Shown: positions 8,791 to 17,962, counted from the stretch's first letter. The stretch is DNA of 64,000 bases from an uncultured bacterium (GCA_964598025.1 CAZRAU010000004.1:10006-74005), one strand, 5' to 3'. The notes: generated by a model from the letters alone, not told the origin. Numbers and translations: made by a program.

Positions 8791-11700
8791 CTATCTTAAG
8801 ACCACCAACTTGCTTGACCGCGCTCCGGTCCTGCCTTCGGTTCTCGCCACATATATCCCGGGAGCCACTTTCCCACCCGACCGGTCGTGGAGGTTCCAAG
8901 TTACGGCCTCGGCGCCCACCGGTTTTTCCAGCCTGGCGACCAATCTCCCGTCCACCGTGAAGATCTCGACCTCCAAGCGTTCCCGGACGCCACCGAAGCA
9001 TATGGTAACATCGCCGTGCACGGGGTTGGGATGGAGACTCAAGTCTATCCGCCGCGGCTCTGCAATGGGGGCCTCGATGCCCGCCTGGGCCGGCACGGTA
9101 CAGACGAAGGTGATATCGTCTATGTACATCCCCTCGGCAACGCCGCTGTTATCGCTTGCAAACCCGAACTTGAAGGTCAGCGTATCACCTGGGGCGGCAT
9201 CCTCAATCGCCATCTCCCACTTCACCCAGTCGGTGACGATGTTGAGGGGCGCCGGATCGGTACCCTCAAGTGCGCCGCCGCTTCCGATGAAGTCAAGCGT
9301 GTCGGGGATACCGTTCACCAGCGCTACCACATAGATCCCGTCCACGCCATAGGTCGCGAAATCGTGCCAGAACCAGAATGAGAACCGGTTGTTCTCACCG
9401 GCGATGAAATCCCGGGAGACAAGGCCTCCTCCCGAGCTCGAGGGATACTGGTGGGTGCCTTCATCGCCGAAATACCAACTCATGGAATCCGAATGACACC
9501 TGTACGATGACAGATGCCAGAAACCTCCATAGGCCCAGCTGCCTTCACCCGACTCGCAATCGTCGGCAAACGTGAGATCGCCGACGGTGAAGTATATGGT
9601 GTCCTCGAAAGCGTCACCCCTGACCGTCTCTATCTCGGCTAGGAGTCTCCCCACATAGGTCCCGGGGCATGCGCCATCGACTGTCACATGGTGCAAGGTG
9701 TAGCCGGCGCAACAGGGATTGATCGTTCCGGTCTCCGTCACCGAGTCCGCCACGGCTACATATGGGTCAAGACTGGTGAGATTGACGTGCCCGGCGTCAT
9801 AGGTAAGGCCACTGTTATAGACTTCGAGGGTGAGAAGCATCGACTCACCGGGTTCGGCCGTGAAATCACCGTCTCCTCCCGACATATCGTTTATGCCGTA
9901 TGAGACCGGCGAGAGAAGCGAAGTCGCCATCACAAACGGAATCCGCGTCTGCCACAGGCCTGCTGAAGAATCCACAAGCGAAAACTCGAGGACCGCGGAT
10001 GCTCCATTGGCAAGCGAACTGTCGAACGCCACCCGGAGCGGCGTAAGCCCCGCATTCTCGGCCCCGGCCGGCATGTCCCCGAAATAAGTCACGCTGTCGA
10101 TCACGGTGCAAGACGCATCGGTGGCACGCAGCACTCCCCAGACGCCCGAATCAGGCTCGGTGCCGCAGTTCTTTATCACGACATCAAGATCCGTGATCTC
10201 GCCGGGGTTGGCCTTGGCGTCGTCCCCGTCGAGGAGGTCGATCTCCGTGACCTCCAGCAGCACACCCTCGGTCACAACCGGTATCATACCTTGATAGTGG
10301 GAGTGGTTGGGGGCCGTCACGGTGACGAGGAATGAATCCGGGGCGGCGGTCGAGACGCTCAAGCTTATCGTGCCGGCCCCGTCGGTCCTTCCCTTCTCAT
10401 ATACATCACTGCCGTTCATCACGCAGACCAGGGCATCTTCCACGAGCCCGTCATCGTCCTCTACGATGACCGCCACGTCATCCCCGGATCCCATAACACT
10501 CGAGGGAAGGGTCACATGGAGATCGGCCGGCGTGTCCGTCCAAACCGGCATTTCGGGATCGCCCAGCAGATTGACCTGGTACTCGTTCCATCTATAGACA
10601 TTCTCGTCGCCGGCGAAACTGACGAACACGGCCTTGTGCTCCGCGAGCGATGCGCCCAGAGACAATACGTCGTTGGCGAAGACCGAGCGCGCCCATTCGT
10701 GCTGGAACTTGTCCGAATAGCCGAAACCCGGGTTTCCCGGCGAGCCCCAGCCGTAACGGCAGTTACCGATGAAAGCCACACAACCGCCGTTGGGGTTGTT
10801 CACGAAGTGCTCGGCGATGCAATCCCTGTCGATGGCCGCCGGCCAGCATCCGATCGAGTTGAGGATGAAATTCCTGGGTCCGTTGGAGAGCGTATCGGCG
10901 TCGGTGTAATAGATGGTGCCGTCACCTGCGCCCATCACATACTCATTGCAATGGCCGTCGTGGATGACGAAGTTCTGTCCCTCGGACATCGCAGCCAGCA
11001 CCGACTCCCGGGACTCGTTGCCCAGGGATTCAAAAAGCTTGAGGATCGGATCGAAGCGGGGAGGGATGAAATCCTCATCGATCCGGTTGAGTCCGATCCC
11101 CGAATCCGTGTAAGGGCTCGGCCACAGTATTTCACCCGGCATGAGCATCTTCAGGACATAGTTGTCCGGCGGGTTCTTTTCGTAGGTAAGGACTTTGTTC
11201 ACAAAAACCACGGCATCGGCCGCGTTCCGTGCTGGGGCCCGGCCTACGAACATGTCGGGGTACATATCCACATTGTCGGCGACTTCGCCGAAGGGAGCGA
11301 TCCCGTTCTCGTCCCAGGTTCCATCCAGGTCGGAGTAATAGAGATCGGCGCGGATCCTGTTCCCATTGGGGCCCATCTCGGCATCCATTGCATAGACCCG
11401 GCGGCTCGGGATAAGGTCGGTATCGCTGCCCAGCAAAATCCAGACCGTGGCCCAGGTCTGGTATGCATCGATGATGAAATTCCTGATCTTGTCCTGGGTA
11501 TCGACCCCCGTGTAATTCAGGTCTATCCATTCCAGGGTCACGCACGTCGCAGGCACACCCTTCTCGGTTTTCCACTCCACCAGGGGTTCAAAGGACGACG
11601 CCAGGGAATCGACCGTGACCACCACATACTCGTAATCACCTTCTTCAAGCATTGACGCCCCAAGGAGCGCATGCACGCCGCGGGCGGCCTTGAAGCGATC

Positions 11701-12342
11701 GATATCCTCCGGGTTTGCGACCGCACGCTTCACGGCATCTCCGAAGCGACCGGGCCTATCCGGATGTGGCCTTACCGGGCGATTGGCAGGTGAAGGCTCC
11801 AGCTCGACCCGGATCTCGATCTCGCTACAAAACGCGAGATCACCTGAGACAGGATTCCACACAAACGGAGAGACATGGAAGCTCAAGAGCCTGCTGTCAC
11901 CCATAAAGCCCTGATGAACGCCGCCTATCAGCCGCTCAGGATAGAAGCGGTCGTCAAGATAGATTTCGGGCCGTCCGGTCGCCCAACCGACCGCGCTCTC
12001 CCCCAGCACGGCGGGTGGCTGAGTGGGCACTATGTCGAAGGTGCCGTCGAGCACGGTTCGCGAGAGGTAGGAAGATTCCACACCGACCACTCGCTTGTCC
12101 CAGGGAATCGCTATATGATAAGGCTGCTGCGGCAGGCCCGGCGCTCCGATGTCGGGGAGGTAGGCCGCTCCTGGCGCACTGATGTAATCGTAACCACCCA
12201 CCTTGTGGAACATAAACTCGGCCAGGTTGTTCTCAATCACGATGGTGAGTTCGTTTGCCCCGGTCTCGTCCACGGCCGTCGCACCGCAGACTCCTACGGA
12301 GACCATGAGAAGACAAGCCAGCCACACCGCAACCTTGTTCAT
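8791..12342 (-). CDS. Peptidase C25 (gingipain-like) with a T9SS C-terminal sorting domain
   Basis: RBS AAGGAG and a signal peptide. YVVVTVDSLASSFEPLVEWKTEKG matches C25. Catalytic His is in HDGHCNEY and catalytic Cys in NSIGCW. The C-terminus LHPNPVHGDVTI...EIFTVDGRLVARL...VTWNLHDRSGGKVAPGIYVAR...KLVVLR is a Por_Secre_tail. Confidence 0.8.
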   Translation of the reverse strand: MNKVAVWLACLLMVSVGVCGATAVDETGANELTIVIENNLAEFMFHKVGGYDYISAPGAAYLPDIGAPGLPQQPYHIAIPWDKRVVGVESSYLSRTVLDGTFDIVPTQPPAVLGESAVGWATGRPEIYLDDRFYPERLIGGVHQGFMGDSRLLSFHVSPFVWNPVSGDLAFCSEIEIRVELEPSPANRPVRPHPDRPGRFGDAVKRAVANPEDIDRFKAARGVHALLGASMLEEGDYEYVVVTVDSLASSFEPLVEWKTEKGVPATCVTLEWIDLNYTGVDTQDKIRNFIIDAYQTWATVWILLGSDTDLIPSRRVYAMDAEMGPNGNRIRADLYYSDLDGTWDENGIAPFGEVADNVDMYPDMFVGRAPARNAADAVVFVNKVLTYEKNPPDNYVLKMLMPGEILWPSPYTDSGIGLNRIDEDFIPPRFDPILKLFESLGNESRESVLAAMSEGQNFVIHDGHCNEYVMGAGDGTIYYTDADTLSNGPRNFILNSIGCWPAAIDRDCIAEHFVNNPNGGCVAFIGNCRYGWGSPGNPGFGYSDKFQHEWARSVFANDVLSLGASLAEHKAVFVSFAGDENVYRWNEYQVNLLGDPEMPVWTDTPADLHVTLPSSVMGSGDDVAVIVEDDDGLVEDALVCVMNGSDVYEKGRTDGAGTISLSVSTAAPDSFLVTVTAPNHSHYQGMIPVVTEGVLLEVTEIDLLDGDDAKANPGEITDLDVVIKNCGTEPDSGVWGVLRATDASCTVIDSVTYFGDMPAGAENAGLTPLRVAFDSSLANGASAVLEFSLVDSSAGLWQTRIPFVMATSLLSPVSYGINDMSGGDGDFTAEPGESMLLTLEVYNSGLTYDAGHVNLTSLDPYVAVADSVTETGTINPCCAGYTLHHVTVDGACPGTYVGRLLAEIETVRGDAFEDTIYFTVGDLTFADDCESGEGSWAYGGFWHLSSYRCHSDSMSWYFGDEGTHQYPSSSGGGLVSRDFIAGENNRFSFWFWHDFATYGVDGIYVVALVNGIPDTLDFIGSGGALEGTDPAPLNIVTDWVKWEMAIEDAAPGDTLTFKFGFASDNSGVAEGMYIDDITFVCTVPAQAGIEAPIAEPRRIDLSLHPNPVHGDVTICFGGVRERLEVEIFTVDGRLVARLEKPVGAEAVTWNLHDRSGGKVAPGIYVARTEGRTGARSSKLVVLR

Positions 12343-12562
12343 TGTCATCTCCTTTGCCGGTTCGCTCGCCAAAGCACACTTATCCCGCTCAAGGCCAAAC
12401 ACATCGCTTTATTTTACCACAAAACGGGGATGCCAACAAGGTGCGAACTCCGCGAATAGCGTAACGTATTGCGCGCGTGCGGTCTGCTTCGGGGATAGGA
12501 ACCGGCCCCCTCCGGACTATGGCAGGACCCGCGCCGACTCCCCTCACAAAACACCCGGTGCG

Positions 12563-12605
12563 TGACCCCGGGAAATTGAATTCAATTTCCAAGATCCGAC
12601 CCCGG
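12563..12605. promoter_or_regulatory. Perfect 20-bp palindrome GGAAATTGAATTCAATTTCC flanked by GACCCCGGG repeats, in the divergent intergenic region
   Basis: Seen directly. It lies 34 nt upstream of the sulfatase-like gene start and about 220 nt upstream of the divergent C25 peptidase. A near-copy is at 37088..37137. Confidence 0.4.
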
Positions 12606-12638
12606 GCAGTTGACGGGGTGGGGCGGGGGGAGTACGAT

Positions 12639-14402
12639 ATGGGTGTGCGGACACTTCGGACGGCTTTCGCGCTTATCGGTATCGTGGTGCTGGTCGCGGC
12701 GGCGGCTTTCCTGCTGTGGCCCCGGCCTAAGGCCCCCCGCTATGTCTTCCTCATTTGCCTGGATGCGGTAAGGCCCGATCACCTCGGCTGCTACGGCTAC
12801 GCCAGGGATACCAGCCCGAGAATCGACGAGCTGGCGGCTGGAGGGGCTCTCTTTGAAGATGCGATCACCCAGGCTCCCTGGACACTGCCCTCCATTGCCA
12901 CCGTGCTTTCTTCCACCTTCCCTTGCCAGCACGGGGCCAGACGAACAGAGGGCACACGCGTCGCATACAGCGGCGTCCCTCTCAACTTCGTCGAGAGGCT
13001 GAATGCGCACGGCTTTGAAACCTCCCTGTTCACCGGAGGCCTTACGCTGAGCGGCAAGGTGCCGGCGGCCGAGCTCTCGGAGGCTGCCCTGGATTGGCTG
13101 AGGCAGCGCCTCGAGTGCAAGTGCCTGATAGTGATACATCACTATGATACGCACAGCCCATACGTGGCGAGCCGTGAGTGCATAGACCGTTTGGATCCCG
13201 GCTACCAGGGGCGTTTCAACTACAGGTTCGGCGATTTCGAAATGCTCAAGCAGGCCAGGGTGGGGAGGCTTGCGGAGGTGATCGACCTATCTCCGGAAGA
13301 GCTTGCCCACATCGAGGCCCTCTATGACTGCCAGATAATGCGAGGCGACGCATCCATCGGCATGATAGCGGATTCCCTCCGGGCCTGGGGCCGGCTCGAA
13401 GAGACGATGATCATAGTCTTCGCCGATCACGGCGAGGAGTTCCTCGAGCACGGGAGCATAGATCACGGACAGACAGTACACGAGGAGACCATAAGAGTCC
13501 CTCTCATCGTCTATTGTCCGTCACTCATAACCTCTCCGAGGCGTATCGACAAACAGGTCGGGCTTATCGACATAGGCCCGACGATCCTCGATGCGGTCGG
13601 AATCGACAAACCTTCGTATTTCGAGGGCCTTAGCCTGATGCCGATGGTGTCGGACCGCTTCGACGCCCCGGGTTTGAGAGAACGCCCTTGCGGCCTGCCC
13701 ACCAGCTGCCTGATCTCGGAGTCCATCGCCCGAAGAAGCGAGAAGAAGGCCATCAGGCGCCCGCCGTGGAAGCTGATCTACGACCCGTTCTTCGGAGCCG
13801 GCGAACTCTATAACATATCCGATGATCCCTTCGAGCATAATAACCTGATCGAGGTTCAGCCGGTCACGGCCTCTCGCCTCACGGACACGTTGCTTACCAT
13901 GCAGAGATACTATCCAGGCGGCTGGTGCATAGCGTGGCGAGATCTTGCGGGGCGCGGGGCGGTGCGAGGCACGGTCCGTGTGAGTGGAAAACTCATCGAG
14001 GCTTTGAGTCACAATTTCTTCCCGGAGATAGACCTTGAAACCGACTCGCTCGTAGTGGCCGAGGATTGGAAGGCCGTTCGCTTCACCACGAGGGCCGGTC
14101 CGGACTGGCAGGGTGTAGAGATCAGGATGGAGGATAGGGCCGACGCGGATCTCACCATCACCCTGGCGGGACGGCCGCCGGCAAGGACCGCCATCGGTCA
14201 CAGCGTCTCCCAGCCGGACTTCCCGCTGGCTTTGAATCCCTCCCAGGCTAACGTTGAGCGAGCCGATCTCCACACTCTCTTCGGCAATCCCGGAGTGGAG
14301 TGCGTCGCCTATTGGATCGACCCGGGCACTGAACCGACCGCTATTCGGAAGACCCAGGCAGAACTGCGCCAGCAGTTGAAGGCGATCGGATACATCGAGT
14401 GA
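12639..14402 (+). CDS. Membrane-anchored sulfatase-fold (alkaline phosphatase superfamily) protein, paralog 1. Thr occupies the formylglycine position
   Basis: N-terminal TM helix, then FLICLDAVRPDHLGCYGY metal-binding motif. The W-T-L-P-S-I segment replaces C-x-P-x-R. A C-terminal extension of about 170 aa follows. Confidence 0.75.
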   Translation: MGVRTLRTAFALIGIVVLVAAAAFLLWPRPKAPRYVFLICLDAVRPDHLGCYGYARDTSPRIDELAAGGALFEDAITQAPWTLPSIATVLSSTFPCQHGARRTEGTRVAYSGVPLNFVERLNAHGFETSLFTGGLTLSGKVPAAELSEAALDWLRQRLECKCLIVIHHYDTHSPYVASRECIDRLDPGYQGRFNYRFGDFEMLKQARVGRLAEVIDLSPEELAHIEALYDCQIMRGDASIGMIADSLRAWGRLEETMIIVFADHGEEFLEHGSIDHGQTVHEETIRVPLIVYCPSLITSPRRIDKQVGLIDIGPTILDAVGIDKPSYFEGLSLMPMVSDRFDAPGLRERPCGLPTSCLISESIARRSEKKAIRRPPWKLIYDPFFGAGELYNISDDPFEHNNLIEVQPVTASRLTDTLLTMQRYYPGGWCIAWRDLAGRGAVRGTVRVSGKLIEALSHNFFPEIDLETDSLVVAEDWKAVRFTTRAGPDWQGVEIRMEDRADADLTITLAGRPPARTAIGHSVSQPDFPLALNPSQANVERADLHTLFGNPGVECVAYWIDPGTEPTAIRKTQAELRQQLKAIGYIE

Positions 14403-14423
14403 CCGGCTGCCCGGCGGCATCAC

Positions 14424-15776
14424 CTACTGGACGTAACCCAGGGCCTTGAGCTTGTCCTTCTCATCCCGCGTGAGCCTCTGCGTGTTGCGGCTCACTTCGT
14501 TTCCAAGCACATCATGCCGAAGTTGGCCCACCAGGGTCTCGGCCATAGAGCTTGATCTGCCGGCATAAGCGGCATCGTCGACCAGATTGATCTTCTCATC
14601 GGGGTCGTTACCTATATCGAAAAGGAAGTACTCGTTTGTCTCGGTATGATGCACCAGTTTCATGCCGTCTTCTATGATCGAGTACTTCCCCGGCATCTCC
14701 GAGAGTATGGGGCGGTCCGCCGGGCTCCCCTTGAGGAGATCGCAGCCGTGCAGAGGTCCATCCGCCTCTATCCGGGCCGCACCGAGTACCGTGGGTACGA
14801 TGTCGGCAAGCTGGGCAAAGTCCTCCCGTATGCCGGCTTCCCGAGCCCCGCGGCGGATGATCAGAGGCACGTGAATCAGGCAGTTGTAAACATACTCGCC
14901 GTGCGCGAAATAGTAGTCGTGCTCGCCCATGCCCTCCCCATGATCGGCGGTGAGAATAATCAGCGCGTTATCGTAGAGATCCAGAGCCTTGAGCTCCGCG
15001 ACCAACCGCCCGAAATGCTCGTCGAAATACCTTATCTCCCCATCGTACTGGGCGACATAGTGGTTATAGCTCCTGATGCTGTCGACTGCCTGATATGAGG
15101 GTATGCCTCCCATACCGCTTATCGTCTCGTTGATGGCCAATTCCCTATCCCCGTCGGATCCGCCGGCAAACATGGTGTCAAAGGGCGGCCGGGGGGTGTA
15201 GGGGCCATGGGGATCCTGATAATGCACCCACAGGAAAAACTTGCTCCTGTGATGAAGTCTCAGCAGGCTTATCACTGTCTCGGTAGTCTTATCGGCAATC
15301 CTCTCAGGTATACCCCTCACCAGTTCAAGGTCGTCCATCTTGTCGTCATAGTAGTCGAAGCCCTGCTCGAAACCGCCGCCCTTTCGCAGCACGAAATTGC
15401 TTACCACCCCGATAGTCCTGTACCCCTCTTCTCGCAGCCGCTCGGCCAGCGTCGTGACGGCCAGAGGCAGGTTGTCGGCGTTGTTGAATATCTTGAGTTC
15501 GTGAGGATAGTAGCCGCTCACGATGGTGCCGCAGGAAGGTCGGGTGGCCGGCGCCTGCGCGAAGCATCGTGCGAAGAGCATGCTCTCCCCGGCGAAAGCA
15601 TCGACGCTAGGTGACGTCCTGCGGTCATAGCCATAGCAACCCAGATGATCGGGCCTGAGCGTATCGACGCTTATCAATATTATGCTGGGGCCCTTTGTGC
15701 CGAATCGACCCGCCGACCAGAGCGCGGCCAGGACCGCCACCAGTGCCAAACCCGGTATGAGGTACTTTGCTTTCAT
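14424..15776 (-). CDS. Membrane-anchored sulfatase-fold protein, paralog 2 (Thr at the formylglycine position)
   Basis: TM helix, then ILISVDTLRPDHLGCYGY and an A-T-R-P-S-C motif. The core DHGEGMGEH motif is present. Confidence 0.75.
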   Translation of the reverse strand: MKAKYLIPGLALVAVLAALWSAGRFGTKGPSIILISVDTLRPDHLGCYGYDRRTSPSVDAFAGESMLFARCFAQAPATRPSCGTIVSGYYPHELKIFNNADNLPLAVTTLAERLREEGYRTIGVVSNFVLRKGGGFEQGFDYYDDKMDDLELVRGIPERIADKTTETVISLLRLHHRSKFFLWVHYQDPHGPYTPRPPFDTMFAGGSDGDRELAINETISGMGGIPSYQAVDSIRSYNHYVAQYDGEIRYFDEHFGRLVAELKALDLYDNALIILTADHGEGMGEHDYYFAHGEYVYNCLIHVPLIIRRGAREAGIREDFAQLADIVPTVLGAARIEADGPLHGCDLLKGSPADRPILSEMPGKYSIIEDGMKLVHHTETNEYFLFDIGNDPDEKINLVDDAAYAGRSSSMAETLVGQLRHDVLGNEVSRNTQRLTRDEKDKLKALGYVQ

Positions 15777-15948
15777 TGCCGTTGCGCTTCCGTCCTCATC
15801 ATCTAAGGTAAGTACTGCAGCGCGAGGATGCAATCTGCATGTGCCGGGTCACCGAGAATGCCCATGGGCCGGCCGCCGGCGGCAAAGGTCCGCATGCGTC
15901 CACACACGCAGTCAAACCCGACAAAGCTCAAGTCCTTGATGTGTGAGT

Positions 15949-15999
15949 CAAGGTGACAGATAACCTAGTTGTGCCGGAATTAGGTTAACTGTCACCTTG
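15949..15999. terminator. Long hairpin (19-bp stem with one mismatch, 13-nt loop) 29 nt downstream of the OmpA-like gene. No U-tract
   Basis: CAAGGTGACAGATAACCTA ... TAGGTTAACTGTCACCTTG. Seen directly. Confidence 0.3.
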
Positions 16000-16027
16000 G
16001 TTCGTCGTCCTAATTGCCCTTGATTAC

Positions 16028-16696
16028 CTATCCCTTGGTCTTATCCTGGGCTATCTTCTTCAGCTTCTCATTGGCGTATATGGCAACCTCGACCCGCCGG
16101 TTAAGCGTCCTGCCCTCTTCCGTCATATTATCGGCGATTGGCTGGGACTCCCCGTAGCCCATGATCGTGAACCTCGTGGGGTCCACTCCCCCGGCTCCAA
16201 GGAAATTCGCCACCGACTGAGAGCGCAGCCGCGACAGCTCCAGATTGTACTCCTCCGTGCCTGTATCATCCGTATGCCCTTCCAGCAGAATGTTGGTGTC
16301 CGCGTATTTCTGCAGGATAGCGGCCAGGTTGGTGAGGTTGGTCTTGCTCTTGTCCTTGAGCGTGGCCTTGTTGACATCGAAGAGTATCCCCGAAGCGAAG
16401 GTGATCTTGATGCCCTCGCCGATTCGCTCCACAGTCGCACCTTCCAAATCGTCTTCGATCTCGGCCGCCTGCTTGTCCATGTAGTCGCCGATATAGGCGC
16501 CGGCGGCGCCCCCAATTGCCGCTCCCACAATCGCTCCAACCGCCGTGTTGCCGGAAGCTCTCCCGATCAGGCCGCCGACCACCGCGCCCGCACCTGCTCC
16601 CGCCGCTGCTCCCTTTTGCTGCCGGCTCCAACCTGAACAGCTGACGCTTCCGACGACAAGAATCATCACGAATGCAAGAACAACGAATCTGCGCAT
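16028..16696 (-). CDS. OmpA-family lipoprotein with an N-terminal glycine-zipper segment
   Basis: RBS GGAGGGAGGGAG and a VSCSG lipobox. Gly-zipper AAGAGAGAVVGGLIG...GAIVGAAIGGAAGAYIG. The OmpA_C motif TDDTGTEEYNLELSRLRSQSV...NRRVEV is present. Confidence 0.75.
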   Translation of the reverse strand: MRRFVVLAFVMILVVGSVSCSGWSRQQKGAAAGAGAGAVVGGLIGRASGNTAVGAIVGAAIGGAAGAYIGDYMDKQAAEIEDDLEGATVERIGEGIKITFASGILFDVNKATLKDKSKTNLTNLAAILQKYADTNILLEGHTDDTGTEEYNLELSRLRSQSVANFLGAGGVDPTRFTIMGYGESQPIADNMTEEGRTLNRRVEVAIYANEKLKKIAQDKTKG

Positions 16697-16905
16697 GACT
16701 CCCTCCCTCCGTTCTTGGTGCAATGGAGTACCTACGGGCAAGCCCGTGGTGCCCGCATTCAACCACCTTCGATTATCCAGAGAATATGACAAAACCGAGG
16801 CGAAGTGCAAATGGGAATTAAGCAGACGCGGAACTCACATGGGAACGCCTGCCGAGACGAGCTCTGATTCCGGTCAGACCCAACAGGGTCGAATGTTGGG
16901 CCCCG

Positions 16906-17411
16906 CTACCGGTATTCCTCGCCGACGGATGCCCTGGCGGCTACCGCCTCGGACTTCTCCAAACGGGTTGCTGAGGCGGTGGCCACACCCGGCCAACCCA
17001 CTGTGGTTTCGGCGAAACGATCGCTTTGGCTGGATGCTTGTTCGGCGTTTCGCCAGTATCCGGATCGCGCCAGCAGAAAGCCCGACACCACAAACGCCCC
17101 GGCCAGCACGAACCCGAAAACAGGGCCCTCCGCCCGGACGTTGACAATGTCATCGGCTTCTATGGACGCTCCAATGCAACCGAACAAGGCCAGGAATGCA
17201 CCGAGATACATGCGCCAACCGACCGAGTAGCGCTTCCCGGCAGCCCAATAGAGCGAAGCCCCTCCGGCGATGAACCATACCGCCATCGTCGCCCCCAGAT
17301 ATGTGTCGTCCCGCACATCCTGGCTGAGGTCCTGAAGCATGGCCCCCAAGCTGGCCACTCCGAATATGATCAGGATGACACTTAACACAGCAAGAGCCTT
17401 GAATCTCATGG
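16906..17411 (-). CDS. Hypothetical 4-TM membrane protein (168 aa)
   Basis: RBS GGGGAGGG 6 nt before the ATG. Four hydrophobic helices. No recognisable family. Confidence 0.4.
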
Positions 17412-17625
17412 TACCCTCCCCTTGGGGACCGAGCCCGCACCGTGGGGTGAGCATCCGCCCGCCACAGAAGACCCGGTCTCTTGTCTTAGGACAGCCGGAC
17501 CCGATTCCACCTGTTGTTCTTGATCGAATCCGCCCTAAGTAGTAGATCGTCCCGGAAAAACCTCGCCTTAGACGAAATAGCATGGAGCATTTCGGCTCTC
17601 GAACCGCGGCGACAGGACCCGCGAG

Positions 17626-17651
17626 GCAGACCACGTCGGGGGTGGAACCCC
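17626..17651. repeat. REP-like palindromic element, type I (GTCGGGGGTGGAACCCCGAC followed by GCTACG)
   Basis: 7-bp stem with a 6-nt loop. An identical copy is 104 nt downstream. Related copies are at 43304 and 62295 (inverted). Confidence 0.6.
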
Positions 17652-17729
17652 GACGCTACGTGGAAGCGGAGCGAAGGCGCTCGTGGAGCAGTGAATGTAG
17701 TGCTGAACAGCGACACAGCGCCGAGCGAA

Positions 17730-17755
17730 GCAATACCCGTCGGGGGTGGAACCCC
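17730..17755. repeat. REP-like palindromic element, type I, second direct copy
   Basis: Identical 26 nt to 17626..17651. It is embedded in a repeat block of about 150 nt that recurs inverted at 62160..62320. Confidence 0.6.
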
Positions 17756-17962
17756 GACGCTACGCGGACCCCGTCAGCCACGGGATGGGCCACGCCATGC
17801 CGAGCGGGTGGCGCGGAGGGAGGGCCTCCCGCCGCCCAGACTGGCAAGGAGGACGGTGGGAGCCCGGTACACTATCTCCCGCCCGAAATCTCCCGCACAG
17901 GCGATCAGTTCTTGCTCGGTCGGGAAGTTCTTGACCACTTCGAATTCCTCCCCACTCGGGAG

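Noticed and set aside
8369-9001. Full 210-aa track ORF as a gene.
   Set aside because: Its first roughly 70 codons overlap the 3' end of the C25 peptidase gene and are Arg/Gly-rich. Only the distal hydrophobic portion (8369..8716) is retained as a low-confidence small membrane protein.
17545-17560. GATCGAATCC resembling a tRNA T-loop, suggesting a tRNA or tmRNA gene in the non-coding island.
   Set aside because: No complementary T-stem, acceptor stem or anticodon arm can be drawn around it, and the loop register does not fit the T-Psi-C-R-A pattern.
17626-17755. Two identical 26-nt repeats as a mini CRISPR array.
   Set aside because: Only two copies, with 104-nt spacing that is far longer than CRISPR spacers. 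The repeats are strongly palindromic with GTAG/CTAC flanks like REP elements, the unit is partly duplicated, and there are no cas genes in the window.
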